Part shown: in pieces, positions 1 to 11,179 of the stretch | Layout: each line of letters begins with the position of its first letter | Numbering within the stretch: the first letter of the stretch is position 1 | The notes under the pieces: generated by a model | Seen by the model: the letters and a program-made list of their open reading frames with translations, nothing else | Database searches by the model: none | What the model was told of the DNA's origin: nothing | Program-made: the position numbers and the translations under genes | Source of the DNA: Octopus sinensis | Taxonomy: Eukaryota | Reading direction: 5' to 3' | DNA: 64,000 nucleotides | NCBI RefSeq assembly: GCF_006345805.1 | Contig: NC_042997.1 | Coordinates: 182,652,001-182,716,000, forward strand

Positions 1-398
1 CATGCATTGTTATATCGGAACATTATTTTTAACAGTTAACTAATAAGGTAACAAATTTACTTGAAAGCTAAATTATTTGGGATTGATTACATTTTATATA
101 AAGTTAAAATAAATATCACCAAATAGGTTTTCATTTGCTGTTTTCTTGAGTAGGGTCCAAATTTCATTTCATCCCCATTTCAGTATTCAAAATTAATTTT
201 TTAGGGTTGGGGGGATCCAAAAGTTTTTAGAATCCTATTAAATTTCTTTTCATTCCCTTTATTTTTTTCACCTACACATTTTATCACTATTTTGGTATTC
301 ATTTTGTATAGAATTGATAATAAAATAATTTTTGTCTTAGTAATAACAAATCTTTGATTTCATCATTAATATAATTCCCTTTTACGTCTGTTTTCCAG

Positions 399-658
399 TT
401 CAAACGTATATGCAAACATTTGGCTCCTGTGTGCAGCCTAATGCTACAGAATTAGCGCACATATCTCGCCGATCACTTAACTTCTTCGAGGCTGAATGGA
501 AACATCACCAGAAAGAGTTACATAGGTCAATATATCCTCGATCTAATACTATCAGTGTCATCTCTGATATCTCTAGTGGAAGTTCAGATAATACGTCTGG
601 CATTGGCTCAGCTGAAAATATGGGAACTCCTCCTGCACTTCCAGCTAAATTGGGACGA
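399..658 (+). CDS. RAPGEF1: RAPGEF1 exon: autoinhibitory YMQ segment and Pro-rich SH3-binding motif
   Basis: Acceptor ttttccag at 397-398, donor GTAAGT at 659. Encodes xQTYMQTFGSCVQP...MGTPPALPAKLGR; PALPAK fits the Crk nSH3 PxLPxK consensus. Phase 1 in, phase 0 out. Confidence 0.9.
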
Positions 659-3600
659 GTAAGTATTCCAGAAAATAACTGGACATTTTGAATATTTAAC
701 ATGCACAAAACACCACTGAGAAAATTGTTTGTAATTCTATTTTTGTTTAATTTATATATATATACTGTTTGGTAAAAGTTTTCTTTATAACCATGTGATT
801 CCAGATTTTCATTCTACTGCAATGCATGTTGGGTAAGGATCATCTATCATAGCTTCAGGCTGACCACTCTCTTACCAGTGAAATATAGTAGATCAAAACT
901 GCAGTCCACGTGTGTGTTTGTATATAGCAGTGTAAAATGCATATTTAAATCCATGGTAAGAGAGGTTACTCTCAGAAGGGACATAAATCTGATCAAATTT
1001 ATACTATTACATAAACATAGATATAATTAATAGCAGTCTACACCAAATAAAATAATGTTTCCATGTCATTTTGCCATCATTAACTGCTGCCTTCTTGATC
1101 TATGAGTCTTGAGGACCAAGTACTGCAGGAAACTTTTTTATGAATTAACTGGGATATCATTATTAATGCAGGAGCAGAAGAAGGAACTTTAAAAAAAAAA
1201 AAACATAAAAAATTGAGAGTTAAAGTGAAAATAGCAAAATGATTAATACTTAGAAATTTCATAGACTATTCATGAAGCAGTAGTATTAATTATGTGTCAG
1301 AATGTGTGTTGAATGTATGAATGACATTATTCTAAAATAACCAAATTAAGTTTGTAAAAATATATAACCAGCTGGAATGATAAAAGATGTATATGAATTT
1401 TTATATAGAGATTAGAATATAAGGCAACCTGAGTCTTATAAACACAAGATTAGAGTCTGGATTATTGGCAGAAAGTGATTCAGGTGCTGCATTGCTGTTT
1501 AAAATGAACTGCAAACATCTCTGTTACAAGCATGTTTCCTTGATTTATTAGTATTTTCTAAGAAAACAATGTTTTTCATATAAAATAATACCAGTTATCA
1601 TTGCCTTCCATGCTGGCATGTGTTGGACTTACTCCAACTCACGATGGTCTTTTTTTTTTTTTGTTGGAAGTCACTGTTTTCATAGATTGGTGCTAATACA
1701 TGTCATTTGACTTGGCTTCTACAGTTGGATGCTCTTCCTATTGCCAACCTCTTTACTGAGTATGTTGGTGCATTTTCTTGTAGCACTAACACAGGAGCAG
1801 TTGAATAGTCTTTGGCACAAGCTGCATAATATTATATATTATTGGCTAATAACTCATTTTATACAGTGATATTTTTAACAAAATTTAAATAACCTTATAT
1901 TTCAAATTTTTAGAGAAGTTATGAGGCAAAAATTATTTAATAGACTTACATAAGAGCATTTTAAATTGTATACAAAATACTAAGATATAACTAAATAAAA
2001 TAAGTTATAGCTTTATGAAACCAGTCAAAATTATGATTATTTGTGAATTTAATCAAAAGCATATAGGGGCACATCTTACTTAGAAGTATAGTAACAAAAC
2101 TTTTTGTATGTGTGTGTGTGTTAATACCAGCTGGTGAATTCTCATAATGATCTAAATATATCAATCAAATTTTAAATTAATTTGCTGATGAAGAAGACTA
2201 TGAATGTCAAGCAAAAGCATCATTTATAAAATATTTTCAAGAAAGGGCCTGCTAAAATTGAGCCCTAAATATACTTTTTGAGTCCTGATTATACTTTCCA
2301 ACACAGCATTTTACCATTTATTGTGTTCATTTATCATCTTCTCTATGAGGGTTGACATTCTGAGATTAAATTTCACCATTTCTGTCCATGCATGTCTTCC
2401 TTGATCTTCCTCTTCCACAGTTTCCTTCTACTTGGAATTTTTCTAGCTCTGTACCCATTTAGCATCAATACCAATGTCTTCAACTATCAAGCATTCTACA
2501 TCTGATGCCATTTTTGCCTATTTTTCTCTCAGCTCATTTACTTGATTCATTCAATTATTTTAACAAACCATTTTTGTAATTAGTCTTCTAACAGACAGAG
2601 CCAAGCATCTACAATATCCAGCCAATCAGATGCCTCAATTGAAGGTCCTGCAGAAGTAGTTCGAGAAAAATCTGCTAGTATGATAGAACCGCCAGTTGTT
2701 CCACCTACAACTCCTGAAATGTAAGTAAAATACAATATACACTGATTCATTAGTATAACTATGTTAATGCTATAGTCATACAATGGGGTTTTAGAGTCAA
2801 ACTCTTTTTTTATTTATTTAACTTTTCATCTCAGAAAACCTATGTGTATGTACATATATTTCGTAACCAGTGGACAAAGAGGTACTTGCCTAAAATAATG
2901 TACTAATTAATTATTATACATTCAGTGTACATATACTTTTGTCAGTGTCAAATTTTGCTTTGCCCAACATAGAATTTTGGCATATGCTTGACTATTAAAA
3001 ATTAGAAGGAAGTTACCCCATTGCAAAATTTCAGTTATCCAAGTGAAAAACTGATTTTACAACTTAGAATATTCAGCAATACACACCTTCACTTTTATAT
3101 ATGAAGATTACTTTTGTTATTCAAGCCTTCATAGAAATCAATTGTCTTATAGGGAACTGAAGCGGTCATCAGCCCCTGCTGAAGTTAGTGAACAGACGAA
3201 AAAAAATGATAAATCCGTATCTCCAAAATCGGAAATCCTTAAAGATGCTGACTCAGACTTTATAGAATTGAAACCATTAGATGATGTGGATGTTTCTGAT
3301 CAATTGATCAGAAAAAGACAAGTAAGTATTGCATTCTCTATTTCTACACTAGAATAAGAACTTGATACACTCACCACTCTTTAAAATGAAATTTCTCCTA
3401 ATCATCCTTCTTCTCCAATTTAGATATCTATAGCCTATATAGACATAGATATCTAAATTGTAATGGATGATAAATGGAAAAAAAAAATAATTTGAATTCG
3501 TAAGTTTCTTGCTCTTATTTCTCTGATCCATCTGATGAAAAATAGAGCACTGGAAAACTGAGAAAATTGCAGGATGTTAAAAGCATCAGTTAGTGTTCAT

Positions 3601-5209
3601 GTCTGGGACACATACATTGAAATTTATATATGCTACTAAATGGTAAGTGTTGTGTAAACAGTACAATGTGCCTGTCAGAGGAAATAGTATGCTCACAAAC
3701 AAAATGAGATTTGTAGAGACTTGCTATGTTACAAATAGTCCAACTTTAACACTGTGGAAAGGAATCCGGAGCAGAGGTAGACCCAAGACATGGGATGAGG
3801 TGGTCAAGCATGACCTTTGTACATTGGGCCTCACAGAGGCTATGATGAAAGACCAAGACCTCTGGAGATATGCTGTGACTTCGAAGACCCAACAAATGAA
3901 GTGAGTTCATGGCTTGCAGGATGGCCTGCCATGCTGCCCTTGGATCATAGAGTGACCTGCTGTGCTTGAAGAGACCTATTGAGTCAAGTGCGTCAATACC
4001 AACATCAACCCATGCTAGCATAGAAAACGAATGTTAAACGATGATGATGATGATGAATAGCAACTGTGCCTCAGTTGCATTCAAATCATACACACATTAG
4101 ATATCTAGTATCTTTCCTTTCTTTTGTATCTACACAGATACTCAAAGAGAAAATATCAAATTCAAAATGTTTCTTCATTCCTATATAGATTGACACTATT
4201 TAATAGATAGGTATTTAACTCTTATTTATTACTTGATTTCAGGCATTCTTATATTTCTCAATAACTACTGACTCATCTAATTTTCCGTATTTGTCATGTT
4301 TCTATCTTTTAGACAGAAGTGGGACCAGAAATAAGAGGTGGATCAGTCGATGCTCTTCTTGTGCATGCTACAGTTGCAAGCAAAAGTGGTAAGTCACTTT
4401 AAACTTTTTACTTCCTAATTTCATCTATTATTATGAACTTACACATTCAAAAATATTAGTCGTATTACTTGAGACATGGATTATTTTTCTCTATTCTTCA
4501 TTCCAATAAACCTACCATCTACCTTTGGTTAAATTTATACTCTTGAAGATTATTTTATTATTGTTTTATATTTATCACAATTTTACTTAATTATAGCCAT
4601 TTTTACTTTTCATAGAAAATTTATTCAGTGATGAAATATTTTGGTTTCATGGATTTCAATTGCTCTATATATTACCAAGGCAGTTTCAATTATGTTTTTG
4701 TAATTGATTTCATTTCTGTTTAACCATTATATCATTTATTATCATTACTGTGGGCACTCTGAGAATTGCATCCTGTTAAAAAAGATTTTCTTGGCCATTC
4801 TGCAAAATGTTGAGAATTCACCTATACATGTGTGTAGAAAGGTGGATGCACGGATAGAAAGAAGGAAATGAAATAGCCTAATTCTATTGCTTCTAAATGA
4901 AATTTTTTAAATACTTAAAGAATAATTTCTCTTTTCCACAAACTCAACTTATTTTGTAGAGTAAAATTTCTGAACATTTTATTTAGTTTATTAAAATTCT
5001 ATAACTTGTTTACATGTGACTGTAATTTATTTCAGATAAAAGAACAAATTTTCTCTATCCAGCCTTTCTTATTATGAAATATATAATCAAATTTAATATG
5101 CTCATTTCTTTAGTTATCATTTGACAAAAATCCATTTAGTGGATATAGTTTTACCACCATTTTCACACAATTTTGCTTTCTGATCAATTTTAAATCTCCT
5201 TGTTTTACA

Positions 5210-5254
<45 letters not shown>

Positions 5255-8200
5255 GTTAAACGGTGATGATATATATATATAAGCAATTTCATTGTGTTAA
5301 TCATTATAACTTTTAACACATATATACTACTGTATTCATTTTTATTATTATTTCATAAAAATACAATATTCATTTGCATCAAACACTTTCATTGGACATC
5401 TACAATCTAGTCGCAGTGAAATACTTTGATAAAGTAAATACAGCAATATAATATACATACACATCTTTATTTTTCATTAAAATTTTCTTACTCATAACTT
5501 TTATTTAATTTTCATCACTTTTGTTTCTAAAAAAATTTTTATAGGCACAGGTATGGTCAATGTCCAAGACTGGAATCAGTAAAATTTTATGTGTATGTAT
5601 ATATATTGAATGTGTGTGTGTATTGTTTAATGTACACAGTTGAAAAATACAAGCCACTAATAGTGTTTCATGGATTAGTAGCTCATATCTTTACACTATG
5701 TATATTAAATTATATTTATCTCACACTGGATGGAGTAGTTTTTTTTTAACTTTAACAGGACAATAAACTATATATATATATGTATATATATATAGACAAA
5801 CATAACTGTGTGGTAAAGAAGTTTGTATCCCAACTACATGGTTTGAGTTCAGACCCAATGTGTAGCATGTATATTCTACTATAGTACAGGCCAACCAAAG
5901 CTCTCAAGGCCTTGGTCACTGGAAACTAGAAGATCCCTATTATGTGTGCGTTTGTATGTATACTGTTCTTTCTGAGATAACATTTAAATATTTAGCCTAG
6001 TCTTGAGAAAGAAATCAGCCACAGGCATGACTGTGTGGTAAGAAGTTTGTTGCCCAACCACATGGTTCCGGGTTCATTCCCACTGCATGGCACCTTGGGC
6101 AACTGTCTTTTAATATAGCTTCAGGATGACCAAAGCCTTGTGAGTGGATTTGGTAGATGGAAACTGAAAGAAGCCCATTTGATGTGTATCTCACTACCAT
6201 TGACAATTAGTGTTGCTTTCTTTATGCCCTTGTAACTTAACAGTTCATCAAAAAGAAGCTGAAAGAATAAATATGAGGCTTAAAAATAAATACTGGGGTT
6301 GATTTGTTTGACTAAAGCCCTTCAAAGTGGTATCTCAGCATGTCAATAACTGAAACAAGTAAGATAAAATAACTCTTAGATATATTTATTCAGGTTAACT
6401 GTTGTTGCTTCACTCCAAATTAGCCCTGCTTGAATATTTGTATGGCACATACAACTAGATGTGATCTTCATATCTATTGTCCCAGATAAACCATGCCTAG
6501 GAGACTATGCAGTGGTATACTTTATAGTTTGAAGCAACATAGATGTCAATAAACTTATTTAATCTTATTTAAACTTATTTAATGTGCTCGATAACATACT
6601 GAGGTATATTTCTATATATCTATATTGACATGTAGGGACATCAATTCAGAAGTACCTTAATCTGATTCATACTTAGCCAAGGTACATGGCTCAGTGGTTA
6701 GTGTGTCAGGCTCACAATCATGAGGTTATGAGTTTGATTCCTGAACCGGGCTGTGTGTTGTGTTCTTGAGCAAGACACTTTATTTCATGTTGCTCCTGTT
6801 CACTCATCTGTAGACATGTGTTGCAACATCATTGGTGCTAAGCTGTATCGACCTTTGCCTTTCCCTTGGGTAACATCAGTTTTGTGGAGTGGGGAGGCTG
6901 GTATGCATGGGTGACTGCTGGTCTTCCATAAACAACCTTGCCTGGACTTGTGCCTCAGAGGGGACCTTCTTATGTCCAATCCCATGATTATTCAAAACCA
7001 AAGGGGGTCTTACTCTTTACCCTTATTTAGCCAAATACAATCAATAATAATTAATTGAAATTTAATTGATTCAATTTGGATCTTTTTATGATGATTTTGA
7101 TTGAATTCCTCAGTTTTCCTGACTTTAAAAAAAAAAAGAAAACAAATTGGTAAATTCCATGTTTTCAGCACATTCACATTTCATATCATTTTCAAAGTAA
7201 TATCTGATGTCTTTATGTTATTTTAGAAGTTGTATTTTAATAATATTTCCCTCCCAACCATTACTAATGATATGTCTATGCATGAAGCAATATCAGGTAA
7301 TATTATTATTTCATGCTTGCATTATTTACAAGTTTATTTTCCTTGTCTTGATTTTATTTTTAATTGTGAAAATTAACTTGCTGAAAGAGGTGCATACCAC
7401 TACTATTTACATTTTATACTCATTACATATAATTGAATAATTCATGTTACAAAATTGCATGGTAATTTAATAGTACCAGTTACACTATTCATGCACTCAT
7501 GTTATTGTATGTACATATTCAATGGAATTACGTAATATATACTCATTTTGGATTGGACTGGAACTTGGAGGGTCTAATCCATAGTGAGTATTTCAAATTT
7601 ATTTCATGCAAGTGTATTCACTTTAATGAGAACTATTACTAGATTTTAATTTCAATTTTGACTGTTTAGTAAATATAGATATTGTTACAAAAAATCTACT
7701 CATATTAGTAAAATGTAGAATAATTAATGAATTTTAATAACCTGCTACTTGTTACAAGTAACTAACAAACTCAATAAAGTTAATGTAACTAAATACTTGT
7801 TATACAGAGTCCAAAATAAGCTTCTTCTGATCCAGTTCTATATTTAAGAGATGAGGAATTGTGTACATTATTTATATTCGACGGATAACAACAAACAAGA
7901 TGAGGGCAAATATCTGTCGAATGTAAATAAAGCGTCTTCTGATTCTCTTGTTAAAACTCTATTCATGTTAACTAAGTAGTCTCTAATCATACCTGCAATT
8001 CAGGCTCTATTTGTAAGATGTATAGCACTGATTTTTCAGCTGTAAAATCAGTTTCAAAGACAAAAACGCTTTGTAGCTTCAGAAAGATTCGAAGCAGTTT
8101 ATAAGCAGAAAACCTTTTTCTAATTTTTTTTCCCTCTATTTTAAGGAAGATAAAATATTATATACCAATAAGGAACCACAGGAAAGGATTTTTTTTTTAC

Positions 8201-8541
8201 TTTAATAAAACAAAAGCTGAAGTGTGCATGAAATTAGTAAACCTTTTTTTTTAATATATAAGAATCAATGTTCTGGATTAAATTCAAAACTTATTTCCAA
8301 CTGTTTATTTCATTTTAAATTACTATTTTGAACCATTTCATTCTATGCTTTAAAAAAATTAAGTTAAAGCTCCATCATCATTTCTTCATACTTAAGGCTC
8401 ACAAGAAGACTTGGTTAATGAAGAAGGTAAGGTTTTGCCTACTCTATCAATATATGACTACAGACTAACCCTAGCCCTAGTCAACAAAATAAGAGAAGCC
8501 TTCATCTGCATTTTTATCATTGTTTGCAATATAGGTGTGTG

Positions 8542-8576
<35 letters not shown>

Positions 8577-11134
8577 ACACATGCATAACTAACTCTTTTT
8601 TTTTTTACTGTTTCTCACACTCATCATTTATTTTGTTCTTTTTTATTTAACTTTAAGTTACATGTTATTGCCTTTCTGCTTATAACCATATCTTTATAAT
8701 ACTAATGCTTGTTTATTTAACTTTTTATTTTAACCCTGCTAAATTTCACTTTGCTGCTAAACCAATTTTTATTATTGCAAGTGTTTAATAATTCTAAATA
8801 ATGCTTTTAGTAATCACATGGCCAATATGTACTCTATTATTTTCTCTAAAATCAAATTTATTAGGAACTAAAAAGCATCTTGGAAGAATTTATATACGAT
8901 AACTTATAAAACCTTAGTAGTATCTAAAAGTACTTTGTGATTACCACATTTAGTAATATTATAGAAGATATCTCCTGAATAGTTAAATGGTGTAGCATGT
9001 AAAAGAATGAAATAAGGACTAAGCAGTTTTGAATGTAAAGTTCAGAGTTCTCCTTTTATAAAACTCTGAAGAAAAAAATTTTCTTAGCTTTTATAAATTA
9101 AAACATATCAATTTAGTGCATTATCTAAAATTCTGGCTTCAGTAATATCTATTAAAGCCAACCAGTGTTGTTGAAACAATATTCCTTTTCCCTTTAGCGG
9201 TGGGTAAATTAGGATAGAATAGTAAATATTTATGCATTAACATTTTCTATATCTACAGAAAAACACTTTCTTTGGAAAAATGTAGACACACATAATTAAT
9301 ACCATTTTCATTCTTATATAATAATGGAATGACTGGACAATTAGTGAACTTCATTCCCTGATAATGTTTTATTGAACTTCAATGATTTCCATGAAATAGT
9401 TATAATTTTAGATGTTTAGGTTTTTGTAATAAAATTATTTGCTCTGTTTTGTATCACATTCAAAGAGCAACAATCTTGTCTTGTACATCTCTGCTAATAC
9501 ATTATTAACCCATTTTGTTAACATATTTCTGTTTAAATACACTACCATTGTTTAATCTAATTTTGAAGTAATGCAGAATTTATTAAAATAACTTTGTCTT
9601 TATTAAACTGGTGTTTGGAATATAAATTAACATGAAATTTTGATAGGAGGTTTGAATTTAGACCACTTTAAAACAAAATTTATATCATAGAAACAAGGGT
9701 GGTTTTGAGTGGATTAGTAGCAACAGGGTGAAGGGGAGAACCCAATAGCTTTCTTAACAATAAACACTCATTCACCTGGTTTGACACCACTACCTAGCCT
9801 GTCCTTGCATATCTTTAGCAGAAGCTACTCTGTCGTAAGTATTCAAACTAAGTCTCTAGTTTGAAGATTAACCAATATCTTGATGTGTTGCTTTCTATTG
9901 CTGCAATTCATGAGTTGTGGTTTCTTCCAAACCAGTCTTAGAGGCTCTAAAATTTAATTAAGGCATCTAAAAGTAAAAAAATATTTTTTAAACTTTTACA
10001 AAATAAATCTTATTTAGACTTTAAATTTACTTCATGTTAAATTAGCTATTTCATTAAATGTAATAGGTAAAATTTCATCATATAACTTTTTCTTTTTATT
10101 ATTTTTCTTTCTTTCTCTTGATCCTTGTTTTCTGCAAGTTGTAAATTTAAAGAGCTTTGAGTCAATTATTTAAAACTATATTAGTAAAATTGCCTCCCCT
10201 AAATAATTGAGTGACAAGTTTGAAGTTGTACTACTTAACATATTGAAGCTCACATACAAGCCATTTAGAGATGGCTACAAATATATGCTCTATGTTATGA
10301 GAAAATAGCATTTGATTTTTATTCATGAGTTTTCATTCGATTTCAGTTACTCTGAATATCATCTTTGCTTTCTCCAAAATTAAAAACAGAATGTTATTCT
10401 TAAGTGAATTCTGAAACTGAAACTTATTCTTTATAATTGGCTAAAATGTTATTTTGAAAGTTGGTAGTGTTACAAACTATATATATATATAGGTTCTTAG
10501 TTATTGTTTTTCCCATGTTAATTTTGTTTCTAGATTACAAAGTTTTTTTTCTAATGTAAAATAACTCCAGCAAGCAAATATGACTATAGTTAATTTTATT
10601 AACTCACTATTCTCTTAAGATTGTAGTCTACACATAGGCTTTGTATAGTCCATATGGAATTCAGCCCTTTTTAACTAGGTTCTAGATGCATGAATATAAA
10701 ATTAGTTTTTTATTTTTTGTTTTCTAATTTATTCTTTATCCGTTTTATTTTTAATTTTACTACTAACTTAATGTTCTTGAGCACTTTTGTTAAATGTTAT
10801 TTTCCCATCCACCCTTATTTCTGCTTTTATCAATTTAACATGCCTTAATACACTTAACACATCAGTGAATGCTTCTCTTAGTTTTGTTTGAATAACTTTT
10901 TTTTTTAACCATAAAGGTATTTGCTTGTAATGGAATCACCTTCATCCATTTGTATTTGTTGTGTTTTGCATGTTTGACCATGTTTTTGTCTCACTTCACC
11001 CTTCATTATTTGGCACTGTAGCAGTAACTTGAATGTTTGCTAATTCACTTGTAGATTTCACAAAAATGAACACATTCCATTTTATAGAAATTTATTGCCA
11101 ATGATATATATATATATAGATATGTGTGTGTATG

Positions 11135-11179
<45 letters not shown>

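Noticed and set aside
10347-10403. 57-nt in-frame cassette candidate
   Set aside because: Weak donor (TAA|GTGAAT), short pyrimidine tract and intron-like composition; compatible with chance.
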